Counted from the first letter of the stretch, positions 1-9,526 are shown. The stretch: 64,000 nucleotides of DNA from Blastocatellia bacterium (GCA_035649735.1 DASRIZ010000080.1:460-64459), one strand, 5' to 3'. The notes: a model not told the origin generated them from the letters alone. A program made the numbers and translations.

Positions 1-2219
1 GCAAGCGCGACTCGACGTTGATCAAAGGACTCGAATCCTGTTGGCCGATCGCCTTCGAACAGGCGTTCCCAACCTTTTTCCAGGACCCACTCCTGGCTTG
101 TGGAGTCCCACCACGCGCGGCGCGCATATAGACGCCGCTTGATGCCAAACGGCTCTCTCGAAAGGTCCAGCACGTTTAGCCTCGCGAAGGTGTTATTTGT
201 CGGTGTGAAGTAGGCGTAGTTGAAGATGCGAGACTCGGTTCCGAAGATCCACTTATTGGTGGTCTGATAAAACGTCTGTGGAGGTTCCTGTCCTTTTCGA
301 ATCAAGTAGCGGAGGTTGTTCTGTCTGCGGTTGGTGAACGGCAGGATGTAGTCTTGATTCACAAACACAAACGCCGACAGCAGCAGCGACGCCAACAAAG
401 CCGGCGCAGCGAGTCGAAAGATCGACTGGCCGGAAGCTTTTAGTGCCACTACCTGGCTTGTCTTATGAAGGATGCCAAAGGTGATCATTACCGCGACAAG
501 CGCAGCCATCGGCGCAACCGAGTTCACAATCCACGGCAGCAGGAAAAGCAGATAGTTTGCGACGATTGCCCAGTCGATGTTGTTGCGAGTGATGTAGTCG
601 AGCAGTTGAAACAACGTAATGATCAAAATCAGCGCCGAAAAGCCGCCGAGGATGAACAGGAAGAATCGCATCAAGTCAGAGAGCACCAGGCGGTCGAGCA
701 ACTGCGGCCGCCCCGCCGAGAAGAGGGAACGACGGGGAGAAGGGGCGAGGGGGAGAGAGGGTGACGGGGCGAGGGGGAGAGAGGGCGACGGGGCGAGGGG
801 GCGACTGGGGGACGAGCCGACGCCCGCGTCGTTCAGTCTCCCTGTTTCCCCTTCTCCCCTCCTCCCTGTGTCCCCCTCGCCCCCTCGCCCTCTCTCCCCC
901 TCGCCCCCTCGCATACGGGCCGGCCAGGCGTGACGCAGGCTGCTTAACACCGATAGCGGATCCCAGCCCGGTCTTCGCTGAGCCACGATTGTAGACACGC
1001 CCAACAAGGTCAGAACTATATTAGCCAGCCATATTCCGAGCCACACCGGCAGCGTGCCTGCAATCGCGGCGTGTTGACCCCACAGCGCCAACAAATAAAA
1101 AATGATGGTGATGGCCAGCCCGAGCAGCAATCCAAATGAACGTCCAGTGCGAACGTTGGTGATTCCGAACCCCACACCAAGCAGCCCGAATACAAGACAC
1201 GCGGCGGGAAGTGCGACCCGCTTATGCACTTCGGCGAGCCATTTGCGGAAATCACCCTCAGCGGGGGTATGCGAGATCAGATTGGCCCACTCCATTTCCT
1301 CGACCTGACCGGCTTCACGTTCGATCCCGGTGGCGCCGTTCCGTTTTTCCTCGGATACTTCGAGCGCGACGGTCATCTCGTCGAACCGCGCCGCAGTGTA
1401 CGGGGGCGGACCGTTCTTCTTTTTTTCCTTGTCTAGTTGCTTTTCCGAGGGCTGCGCCTCGGTTCCAGTCGAGGAGCCACCTCGAGATATTTCTGAATCT
1501 TGCTCTGAGGCTGGGTTCTGCGACTCGCTCTGGTCCTGGCGGCCGGTGTCTGTCTGATGCACAGTGCCTCTTTGCAAATGCAACTCGGGCATCTCGGACC
1601 GCTCGCCCTGCTGCAGCGACCCGGAGGTTGCCGTCACGATCTTCATCGGTCCCGAGCCGTTTCCAAGATCGACCAGAAAAATGTTTCGCCAGAGGCTGTT
1701 CGCGCGATCGATGTCCTCAATGTAAATAACTCGTTGCGGTATGCTCTCTTCAAACACTCGCGGCTTGATCTCGGCGTTCAGGCTTTGAAAGATCAAGGAC
1801 TGGTTGGCCTTTAAATCGGTCAAAAGGTGAATCGATCGCGGCAGCAGGTTGAAGGTGATGTAAACCATCACTATCGCGATAATCAGCGAGAGTCCGAGTA
1901 CCGGAGCGAGCATCCGCAGACGGCTTGTGCCGCCGGCGCCGAGAGCCACGATTTCGCTATCGCCGGAGAGCCGGCCCAGCCCAACAAGGGTTCCGATCAA
2001 TAGCGAGATAGGAAGGGTGAACACCAGGATGCCGGGAACGAGCGCCGACATAACCCGCCCGAGGGTTTCCATCGGCAGCCCATTGCGTGACGCGACGACC
2101 AGAAGTTCTGAAAACCGGCTAGCTTCCTGGGCGAAGATAATTGCCGTCAACAGCATCAGGCCGAGCAGGACGTAAGGGACAATTTCGCGGACAAGATAAC
2201 GATCAAGCAAGCGGAACAT
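1..2219 (-). CDS. Fused LptF/LptG-type LPS export permease (YjgP/YjgQ family) with two permease modules in one ORF; C-terminus runs off the left edge
   Basis: ATG at 2219 (MFRLLDRYLVREIVPYVLLGL...). No stop-bounded ORF is listed in the track for this frame, and hand translation of 690-1022 is open. A second module starts near 700 (...QLLDRLVLSDLMRFFLFILGGFSALILIITLFQLLDY...). Both modules show the LptF/G N-terminal signature. Confidence 0.8.
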   Translation of the reverse strand, partial: MFRLLDRYLVREIVPYVLLGLMLLTAIIFAQEASRFSELLVVASRNGLPMETLGRVMSALVPGILVFTLPISLLIGTLVGLGRLSGDSEIVALGAGGTSRLRMLAPVLGLSLIIAIVMVYITFNLLPRSIHLLTDLKANQSLIFQSLNAEIKPRVFEESIPQRVIYIEDIDRANSLWRNIFLVDLGNGSGPMKIVTATSGSLQQGERSEMPELHLQRGTVHQTDTGRQDQSESQNPASEQDSEISRGGSSTGTEAQPSEKQLDKEKKKNGPPPYTAARFDEMTVALEVSEEKRNGATGIEREAGQVEEMEWANLISHTPAEGDFRKWLAEVHKRVALPAACLVFGLLGVGFGITNVRTGRSFGLLLGLAITIIFYLLALWGQHAAIAGTLPVWLGIWLANIVLTLLGVSTIVAQRRPGWDPLSVLSSLRHAWPARMRGGEGERGRGGEGDTGRRGEGETGRLNDAGVGSSPSRPLAPSPSLPLAPSPSLPLAPSPRRSLFSAGRPQLLDRLVLSDLMRFFLFILGGFSALILIITLFQLLDYITRNNIDWAIVANYLLFLLPWIVNSVAPMAALVAVMITFGILHKTSQVVALKASGQSIFRLAAPALLASLLLSAFVFVNQDYILPFTNRRQNNLRYLIRKGQEPPQTFYQTTNKWIFGTESRIFNYAYFTPTNNTFARLNVLDLSREPFGIKRRLYARRAWWDSTSQEWVLEKGWERLFEGDRPTGFESFDQRRVAL
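731..912. repeat. Imperfect inverted repeat with 24-bp internal period, in-frame within the LptF/LptG linker
   Basis: GGGGCGAGGGGGAGAGAGGG at 742-761 and 766-785 (partial third copy from 790) is the exact reverse complement of CCCTCTCTCCCCCTCGCCCC at 888-907. Spacer is about 812-837. Confidence 0.9.
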
Positions 2220-2343
2220 CGGATTTGAGTCTAGCACGCGGAAATGGGGTCATCAAACAGTAGATATTTCCGGCTCACACGTCTGTGTGGAACAAGACCC
2301 TTTGATCTAATCAAAGCGATTCATGAGACCTGAAGACTAAAAC

Positions 2344-2916
2344 TTACTGGGGAGAGGGCAGCTTTGGCATTGCGTCCCATTTCATCAAATCCCTCTCCAT
2401 CGCTGGTCCATTTGTTTTCAACCACGCACTCATCTGGTTACCAGCGCTTTTGCCGTAAATACGGTGCGAATAGATTACCGAGCTGCCGACACCGTTATGC
2501 ATTCTGAATCTAGCGAACACCGCTTCTATGAAGTCAGGACGACCAAGAATTACGGCGATCAAGTGTTCTGCTGGTTTCTGTTCGGTTCTGGGGACCGAAT
2601 CAGTCTTAACGACTATAGCCTTGTTCGTCTTATAGTTCTCAAGTACGGAGTTCGCCACTGCGGCGAGGTCATCGCCGCCCTTTGCCCTTGGATACGTCCA
2701 TATCGTAATCATGTCGGTCCAGGCGTTCAAATTCTCCTGGCCGCTTGGCGTATATTCGTGTTGGTCGCCTTTGGTGAAACGGTGAAAGTAGTTCGCTCCG
2801 GCGAATGAGAAGGCTGCGGTCTTGTCTTTGCTGTTTCCCGCCTGGAGTGCTAATACGTTGACGATATTCTGCGCGAAGAACAATGCAGAACAAGTGAGTG
2901 CAATTTGATATTTCAT
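2344..2916 (-). CDS. Hypothetical secreted protein (190 aa)
   Basis: Long ORF with an N-terminal signal-like segment MKYQIALTCSALFFAQNIVNVLALQA. No family recognised. Confidence 0.6.
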   Translation of the reverse strand: MKYQIALTCSALFFAQNIVNVLALQAGNSKDKTAAFSFAGANYFHRFTKGDQHEYTPSGQENLNAWTDMITIWTYPRAKGGDDLAAVANSVLENYKTNKAIVVKTDSVPRTEQKPAEHLIAVILGRPDFIEAVFARFRMHNGVGSSVIYSHRIYGKSAGNQMSAWLKTNGPAMERDLMKWDAMPKLPSPQ

Positions 2917-3226
2917 TCAGTCTCTCTTTTTACCTCCGAGCTTCTTTCCAAAAAAACAGATCACATCTTGGCCCTTCGCAGCGGCTTCCGCAAGCGCAAC
3001 CACTCCGTGCTTGCCCTTAAGATTGCGGTCCGCCACCCTTTACCCCTCGGCGACGAGAGGAATTCCTAACTTGATTGACCTCCCTCAGACCAGGACTGAG
3101 TTCGTGAGCATTCAAGACTTCTTTCAAAACTGCGACGCGGGCGCTCAAAAGAAACAGGGAGTTCGGTAGTCGGGTTTCGGCATCCGATTGGCCTACGCTA
3201 TACTCAAGCAGTAACTAAAAGCGCGT

Positions 3227-4282
3227 ATGTGTAGACCAGAACAACTTACAAGCCGAGTCATTGGTTCCATTTTGTGTTTTCTTTTGCTCTTGGGAGCCGC
3301 AAACTCGCAGAGCGGGCGGAAGCCCTCCACCGTACCACAACCGGGTCAAGATGAGACCGTTCGGCTGCGAGCCGAGGAAGTACTTCTCAATGTCACCGTG
3401 ATGGATGCCTATGGGCACCAGGCAACTGAACTCGTCAAGGATGAGTTCATAGTTGCCGAAGACGGGCAGCGGCAGGACATCGCCAGCTTCCTCGTAAGCA
3501 GCGTACCGGTCAACGTTGTGCTGATGCTTGACGCATCCGGATCAGTAGTATCAGAAATCAATTCGCTGCGTGACGCGGCAATGCACTTTGTCAGTCAACT
3601 CGGGCCCGAGGACAAAATCTCGGTCATCGAGTTCCACTCCCATGTCGAGTTGATCCAGGACTGGACTTCCAAGGCTGAGGATGTTCGACACGCGCTGTCC
3701 TGGCGCTTCAAGCCGGGGATGGTGCAAACCAAAAACGGCAGCTTTACCTACGGCAGCACCGCGCTTTTTGACGCTGTTTATTCAGCCTGCGATGAACAAC
3801 TTGCCAAGGTCGAAGGTCGCAAGGCAATCATCTTGCTCAGCGACGGCGATGACACTTCCAGCAAGGTGACCTACGAACAAGCGCTTACAGCGATCGTCAA
3901 ATCAGGGTCAGTCGTGTACGTGATCAGCAAAGCGCGCGCGTTTATTAACGATCTGGACCGTTATCGTGGCAAGGCGGCGAAGGTGTTTGCAGGAAGCACT
4001 GCTCAACAAGCGGGCATCTACATCGAACGTTTCGAGCGAGCCGAGCGGCTTATGACCGATCTTGCCGCGCGAACCGGCGGCAGAATATTCTCGCCGCTTC
4101 AAGAAAAAGAGATGAAGGATGTTTACGGCCAGGTCGCGCGGGAACTAAAGAATCAATACATCATCACCTACATTCCGAAAAACCTCGAGCGCGACGGGCG
4201 TCTTCGCCACGTTAAGGTGTTTCTCGCCAGGCCAGGTTACTCAGCACGAACCCGCGATGCGTACTACGCACCAAAGAAATAA
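3227..4282 (+). CDS. von Willebrand factor A domain protein (VWFA-related acidobacterial type)
   Basis: Signal-like N-terminus; MIDAS-like VLMLDASGSV; ILLSDGDDTSS; C-terminal ...KNQYIITY...YYAP typical of the acidobacterial VWFA family. Confidence 0.8.
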   Translation: MCRPEQLTSRVIGSILCFLLLLGAANSQSGRKPSTVPQPGQDETVRLRAEEVLLNVTVMDAYGHQATELVKDEFIVAEDGQRQDIASFLVSSVPVNVVLMLDASGSVVSEINSLRDAAMHFVSQLGPEDKISVIEFHSHVELIQDWTSKAEDVRHALSWRFKPGMVQTKNGSFTYGSTALFDAVYSACDEQLAKVEGRKAIILLSDGDDTSSKVTYEQALTAIVKSGSVVYVISKARAFINDLDRYRGKAAKVFAGSTAQQAGIYIERFERAERLMTDLAARTGGRIFSPLQEKEMKDVYGQVARELKNQYIITYIPKNLERDGRLRHVKVFLARPGYSARTRDAYYAPKK

Positions 4283-4334
4283 CGCGAGTTCAAAGATCCA
4301 TTCGATTTGGGTTCAGGCTTTAGTCCTTTCACGG

Positions 4335-4438
4335 CCTCAGCAGGTTCAAGGTTGGGAAGGAGGCTTGCCCCGCTTCGTCGCGATCACGAGAGCTTGCACG
4401 GAGCGGGGGCAAGCCCACCGACCTTGAACCAGCTGAGG
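4335..4438. terminator. Long interrupted hairpin between convergent genes; probable bidirectional terminator
   Basis: 4335-4355 pairs with 4418-4438 (21 positions, 1 mismatch, 1 G-U). 4362-4373 pairs with 4403-4415 (12 bp, 1 bulge). Checked base by base. Confidence 0.6.
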
Positions 4439-4496
4439 TTCTATTTCGGGATGCCTCGTTGCGGTAGGCAAGCTAAGACTTGAACCGCAAGCCTAT

Positions 4497-4913
4497 CTAC
4501 TGGGCACTGTCTTCCGTTTTTGGTTTCTTGCTGATTCGCTTGGATTTTAGTTTGGACTCTTCGGGTTTCTTTGGTGTGGATCGCTTTGCTGTCGCCTTCT
4601 TGGGTCCCGAAGCTTTTGCAGCGGTGGGTTTTGCTGACGTTCTCGACTTCTTCAGCGCCGGCGCTTTTACCGCCGGGTCTTGTGTAGTGGTTGCCTCTGC
4701 GGAGATGTCTTCGGCCTGATTATTGCCCGGCGATTCATCGGCTAAAAGAAATGCAAGCACTTCGCTCTCGGCGCGAAACCAATCGTGGGCCTCGCCACCG
4801 GGCTGACCTCCTCGCATCTGATAAATTTCGTACGCCCGCACCTGGATCATTTGCTGGACATTATTCTGGCTAAGAAGTCGTTCGCGAAGTTCTTCCAAAC
4901 TGTCTCGAGTCAT
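4497..4913 (-). CDS. DUF2934-like protein with a Lys/Ala/Pro-rich basic C-terminal tail
   Basis: N-terminal RAYEIYQMRGGQPGGEAHDWFRAESEV motif (DUF2934-type). Tail is AVKAPALKKSRTSAKPTAAKASGPKKATAKRSTPKKPEESKLKSKRISKKPK. Confidence 0.7.
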   Translation of the reverse strand: MTRDSLEELRERLLSQNNVQQMIQVRAYEIYQMRGGQPGGEAHDWFRAESEVLAFLLADESPGNNQAEDISAEATTTQDPAVKAPALKKSRTSAKPTAAKASGPKKATAKRSTPKKPEESKLKSKRISKKPKTEDSAQ

Positions 4914-4987
4914 TTCATTACCTTTCCTGTGATCACGATTGCATCAATCAATGAGTCAGGGACGAGAGTTATAAAGTCAGTTACGGA

Positions 4988-6517
4988 TTAAGCAGATGTG
5001 TCGTCAGGGCCGTTTTCGGTGGGGCCTCGTCGCCACCTGAGCACCGGTTTGCGCGCGGCGGCGACTTCGTCCAGGCGCCCGACCCTGGTGGTTACCGGAG
5101 CGCGCTTTAGCAACTCCGGATCTTCGGCGGCCTCCGCCGCGATGGATTTCATTGCATCGATAAACAGATCAAGCTCCTCACGTCCCTCGCTCTCGGTGGG
5201 TTCGACCATAAGCGCGCCGTTTACGATCAACGGGAACGACATCGTCGGTGGATAGAACCCGTAGTCGATCAGCCGCTTGGATATATCGGCGTTCCGCACT
5301 CCGTGCTTGAGCTGGCGCTTATCAGAAAAAACAACTTCATGCATTACACGTCCCGGATACGGGATCTCGTATGTGTCCTTCAAGTGCTCTGCGATGTAGT
5401 TCGCGTTCAGAACGGCGGTCTCCGTCGCCTCGCGCAAGCCGGGATCGCCGTGCGTCAAAATGTAAGCGAGCGCGCGGACCAGCACTCCAAAGTTCCCAAA
5501 GTAGGCTCGCACACGCCCCACGGACTTCGGGCGATCGAAATCCAGGATAAGCTCGCCATCCCTGGCCAACACGACCCGAGGGAAGGGAAGATAGGGTTCA
5601 AGCTCAGCGGTCACCGCAACAGGACCTGCGCCCGGCCCGCCACCGCCGTGCGGGGTCGAGAAAGTCTTATGAAGATTGAGGTGCATGACATCGATGCCGA
5701 AGCTTGCCGGTTTGGCCACGCCGGCGAGTGCGTTCATGTTGGCGCCGTCCATATACACGAAACCGCCGCCCTCGTGAACGATCTTACAAATCTCTCTTAT
5801 GTTGCGCTCGAATTTTCCGAGTGTATTCGGGTTGGTGAGCATCAACGCTGCCACGTCGTCGCTCATGTGGCGGCGCAACTCCTCGAGGTCGGTAAGACCA
5901 TCGGATCTCGACGGCACCGTCTCCACTGAGTAACCGCAGATAACTGCTGAGGCCGGGTTAGTCCCGTGTGCGGAGTCGGGGATCAGCACTTTCTTGCGAG
6001 GATTTCCTCGCTCGGACAACGCTGCGCGAATCATCATCAGCCCGGTCATCTCGCCTTGCGCGCCGGCCGCCGGTTGCGAAGTCACAGCCGCAAGCCCGGT
6101 TATCTGAGCGAGACACTGTTCGATGCGAAAGACAATCTGCAGCGCGCCTTGTGCCAACGGGGCAGGTGTGAGCGGATGCAGATTAGCGAACCCGTCGATT
6201 CGCGCTACTTTCTCATTGATCCGAGGGTTGTACTTCATCGTGCACGAACCCAACGGGTAGAGCCCATGATCGATGCAGTAATTCCAGGTAGAGAGCCGGG
6301 TGAAGTGTCTTATTACGTCGACTTCAGAAAGCTCGGGCATGCCTTCCAGATCGTCATCGCGGAGAAAACGTGAATCGATCAACCTCTCTACGCGTTCTTC
6401 CGCTACGTCGAGCCTGGGGATCGAATAGCCGATTCGCCCGTGCCTTGACTCGTCAAACAGAAGCCCTTCGTTTTGGACGACGTGTGTCGTTGCTTTCTTG
6501 ATTCTGGATTTGCTCAT
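4988..6517 (-). CDS. gcvPB: Glycine dehydrogenase (decarboxylating) subunit 2
   Basis: 509-aa ORF with the PLP region NLHKTFSTPHGGGGPGAGP. Sits in a gcvT-H-PA-PB operon. Confidence 0.95.
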   Translation of the reverse strand: MSKSRIKKATTHVVQNEGLLFDESRHGRIGYSIPRLDVAEERVERLIDSRFLRDDDLEGMPELSEVDVIRHFTRLSTWNYCIDHGLYPLGSCTMKYNPRINEKVARIDGFANLHPLTPAPLAQGALQIVFRIEQCLAQITGLAAVTSQPAAGAQGEMTGLMMIRAALSERGNPRKKVLIPDSAHGTNPASAVICGYSVETVPSRSDGLTDLEELRRHMSDDVAALMLTNPNTLGKFERNIREICKIVHEGGGFVYMDGANMNALAGVAKPASFGIDVMHLNLHKTFSTPHGGGGPGAGPVAVTAELEPYLPFPRVVLARDGELILDFDRPKSVGRVRAYFGNFGVLVRALAYILTHGDPGLREATETAVLNANYIAEHLKDTYEIPYPGRVMHEVVFSDKRQLKHGVRNADISKRLIDYGFYPPTMSFPLIVNGALMVEPTESEGREELDLFIDAMKSIAAEAAEDPELLKRAPVTTRVGRLDEVAAARKPVLRWRRGPTENGPDDTSA

Positions 6518-6532
6518 GCTTCTTGTCGTTCC

Positions 6533-7858
6533 TCACGCCAGCGCCGACACAAGCTTATCGATCGCATCTTTCTTTACTGTCTCTGTAACGCACACCAACA
6601 ATCCGTCGCTCATCCCGGGGAAATATCGCTCGAGGCTAATTCCTCCGATTATCTTCTTGTCGAGCAGTCCGTCGATAACCTCGGTAGCAGGCCGCGGAGT
6701 GCGCAACACGAACTCGTTGAAAAACGGCGCGCTGAATCTCAGATCGAACCCGGGGATTTTCGAAATCTCCGACGCGGCATAGTGAGCCTTATGAAGGTTT
6801 TGGCGAGCGACTTCCTGAACGCCCTGTCTGCCCATCGTCGAGAGATAAACGGTCGCCATTAATGCGAACAAACCTTGATTTGTGCAGATATTGGATGTCG
6901 CTTTCTCACGCCGGATGTGTTGTTCGCGGGTCGACAAGGTTAACACGTAACCGCGACGGCCTTCGCTGTCTCTAGCCTCACCGACTAACCGCCCCGGCAT
7001 CTGCCGAACGTGTTTGTCGAGTGTGGCGAACAAGCCGCAGTAAGGGCCGCCGTAGCTCAATGGAATCCCAAACGATTGGGTCTCGCCGGCGACGATGTCC
7101 GCTCCGCACGCGCCCGGTGGTTTCAAAACGCCGAGACTCATTGGCTCGGTTACGGCGACTACCAGCAATGCGCCGGCTTCGTGCGCGGCATCGGCGATCG
7201 CCTCGAGGTCCTCGACGCAACCGAAGAAGTTTGGCGACTGAACGACGACTGCGGCAGTCTCGCGGTCGATGCCCATTGTTGTTGGGTCAAAGTTCCCCGA
7301 TTCGCCATGCTCGATAACATCTATCGTTAATCCCAGGTTCTTGGTATAAGCCGAAACGACTTCGCGATACTGGGGATGGACTGTATCGGCGATGATGACC
7401 CTGCTTCGGCGGGTCACGCGATTGGCCATCAACACCGCCTCGGCGACCGCCGTAGACCCATCGTAGAGCGAAGCGTTGGCCACTTCCATCCCGGTAAGCT
7501 GGCAGATCATCGTTTGGAATTCGAAGGTGTATTGCAACGTGCCTTGACTAAGCTCAGGTTGATAGGGCGTGTAAGCCGTAAAAAACTCGGCGCGTGATAT
7601 GAGCGAGTCAATTATGACCGGGATAAAGTGCGAGTACGCCCCAGCGCCCAGAAAGGACTGGTAGTCGATTCGATTCTCGGACGCAAGGCTTCGGAAGTAC
7701 TCCAGCAATTCGGGTTCACTCATCGGTTCGCCTATGCCGATGGCTTCCTTGAGCTTTAATTGTTCCGGAATTTGATCGAAGAGCTCTTCGATGCGCTCGA
7801 GCCCAATGTCTGACAACATCGAACGGCGCTCGCCGGGCGAGTTCGGAATATATCTCAT
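6533..7858 (-). CDS. gcvPA: Glycine dehydrogenase (decarboxylating) subunit 1
   Basis: 441-aa ORF (MRYIPNSPGERRSMLSDIGL..., TAYTPYQPELSQGTLQ) adjacent to gcvH and gcvPB. Confidence 0.95.
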   Translation of the reverse strand: MRYIPNSPGERRSMLSDIGLERIEELFDQIPEQLKLKEAIGIGEPMSEPELLEYFRSLASENRIDYQSFLGAGAYSHFIPVIIDSLISRAEFFTAYTPYQPELSQGTLQYTFEFQTMICQLTGMEVANASLYDGSTAVAEAVLMANRVTRRSRVIIADTVHPQYREVVSAYTKNLGLTIDVIEHGESGNFDPTTMGIDRETAAVVVQSPNFFGCVEDLEAIADAAHEAGALLVVAVTEPMSLGVLKPPGACGADIVAGETQSFGIPLSYGGPYCGLFATLDKHVRQMPGRLVGEARDSEGRRGYVLTLSTREQHIRREKATSNICTNQGLFALMATVYLSTMGRQGVQEVARQNLHKAHYAASEISKIPGFDLRFSAPFFNEFVLRTPRPATEVIDGLLDKKIIGGISLERYFPGMSDGLLVCVTETVKKDAIDKLVSALA

Positions 7859-7864
7859 TGGCGA

Positions 7865-8260
7865 TTACTCCGCCGCTTCTTCCTTGATGTAGTCTTCATA
7901 CTCGATGGAGGTCAAGAGGGCATCGACTTGTGCGGGGTTGTCAATTTTGATGCGGATCATCCAGCCTTCGCCGTAGGGGTCTTCGTTGACCTGTTCGGGT
8001 GAATCGTTGAGGCTCTCGTTGACCTCGGTGACCGACCCGCTTAGCGGCATGTAAACCTCGCTGACGGCCTTGACACTTTCGACCGAGCCGAATGGATCGC
8101 CCGCTTCGAACTTATCGCCGACTTTCGGGAGCTCTACATACACGACATCTCCGAGTTGATGTTGAGCGTGATCGGTGATGCCGACGGTCGCCTGGTCTCC
8201 TTTCGCGCGGACCCACTCGTGGTCTTTGGTGTAGCTGAGATCTTCTGGTGTGTTTGCCAT
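7865..8260 (-). CDS. gcvH: Glycine cleavage system H protein
   Basis: 131 aa; lipoyl-lysine motif SVESVKAVSEVY. Confidence 0.95.
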   Translation of the reverse strand: MANTPEDLSYTKDHEWVRAKGDQATVGITDHAQHQLGDVVYVELPKVGDKFEAGDPFGSVESVKAVSEVYMPLSGSVTEVNESLNDSPEQVNEDPYGEGWMIRIKIDNPAQVDALLTSIEYEDYIKEEAAE

Positions 8261-8314
8261 CTATTTTTTCTCCGTTAACTAGTGCCGTATCGAAGTGTGT
8301 CCCAACTGGTCAGC

Positions 8315-9415
8315 CTAATCATATTTCCTTTCGCGCTTGTAGAACGGCGTCTCGACCACGCGCGCGGGAACGTTGCGTCCGCGAACTACCACATGCAGCT
8401 CCGATCCTACAGCAGTGTGCTCCGTTGGGACGTACCCAAGTCCGATGTTCTTTTTTAGGAATGGCGCGGGACTTCCCGAAGTAACAACGCCCACCTGCTC
8501 GCCGCCAATCACGATAGGGTAGCCGTCGCGAGCGGGCGCGCGGTCGAGCACCTCGAAGCCAACAAGCTTTCGTTTCAGTCCCTCTTCCTTTTGCTTCAAC
8601 AGCACGCCGCGCCCGACAAAGTCACCTTTGCCGAGCTTCACAACCCAGCCTAACCCTGCTTCGAGCGGGGTTGTAGTCTCATCCATGTCGTGACCGTAGA
8701 GTCGGAACGCTGCTTCAAGCCGCAACGTGTTTCGCGCGGCGAGCCCGCAAGGAATAAGACCTCGGTCGCTCCCGATAACCAGCAGCCGGTTCCACAGATG
8801 CTTCGCGTGACCGGAATCGCACAGGATCTCGAATCCGTCCTCACCGGTGTAACCGGTCCGGGACACTCGGCAATCAACGCCGTCCACTAAAACGCGCTGT
8901 GACCAGTAATACGGTATTCGGTCCAGCATATGATCGGTCAACTCCTGCAAGATATGCTCGGACCGCGGTCCTTGCAGCGCCAGCAGGGCGAACGCTGAGC
9001 TGGTATTGTGCACTTCCACGCTCAACTCGCCGGCGTTTCCCTTGATCCATTCGAAATCTGAATCAGTCCCGCCGGCATTGACCACCAGCAGAAAATAATC
9101 GGCATTCATTCGGTAGACCAGCAGGTCGTCGATAACCCCACCCGCTTCGTTGGTCATCGTCGAATATTGGACTTGATTATCTTCGAGTTTGGACGCATCG
9201 TTGGTGCTGATCCGTTGAACGAGATCCAGCGCTTGTGATCCTCTGATCTCGATCTCGCCCATGTGAGAAACATCGAACAGTCCGGCTTCCTCGCGCACGG
9301 CCATGTGCTCGCGGATGTGACCGGAATACTGAACCGGCATCTCCCACCCGGCAAAATCGACCATTCTAGAACCAATTGAAACGTGGGCTTCGTACAGCGG
9401 TGTGCGCTTGAGCAT
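8315..9415 (-). CDS. gcvT: Glycine cleavage system aminomethyltransferase T
   Basis: MLKRTPLYEAHVSIGSRMVDFAGWEMPVQY... The track ORF extends to 9499, but the conserved N-terminus starts at the ATG at 9415. Confidence 0.9.
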   Translation of the reverse strand: MLKRTPLYEAHVSIGSRMVDFAGWEMPVQYSGHIREHMAVREEAGLFDVSHMGEIEIRGSQALDLVQRISTNDASKLEDNQVQYSTMTNEAGGVIDDLLVYRMNADYFLLVVNAGGTDSDFEWIKGNAGELSVEVHNTSSAFALLALQGPRSEHILQELTDHMLDRIPYYWSQRVLVDGVDCRVSRTGYTGEDGFEILCDSGHAKHLWNRLLVIGSDRGLIPCGLAARNTLRLEAAFRLYGHDMDETTTPLEAGLGWVVKLGKGDFVGRGVLLKQKEEGLKRKLVGFEVLDRAPARDGYPIVIGGEQVGVVTSGSPAPFLKKNIGLGYVPTEHTAVGSELHVVVRGRNVPARVVETPFYKRERKYD

Positions 9416-9526
9416 CGGAGTTGTGGTCGCCTCTACAATGATACGAAAACGAATTGAATCCAGAGTATCGAGATTAACGAGAGTCAACAGAAGTCGCAAG
9501 CTAACACGCGCAGATTTTCTCAGTCA

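Noticed and set aside
465-994. Three overlapping + strand ORFs (99, 104, 77 aa) rich in R/G/E/P (RGEGERG..., PSPLLPVSPSPP...)
   Set aside because: They read the palindromic repeat and the antisense of the Lpt permease ORF. Their composition is what any frame of this palindrome gives, and the coherent protein is on the minus strand.
2917-3039. A 39-codon minus-strand frame ending in TGA immediately before, and in frame with, the ATG of the 2344-2916 gene; considered as a possible Sec or read-through extension or an ankyrin-like remnant
   Set aside because: The upstream frame is closed by TAA after about 40 codons. The downstream protein begins with a normal signal peptide right at its ATG. 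There is no SECIS-like hairpin, and the similarity to ankyrin is too weak to claim.
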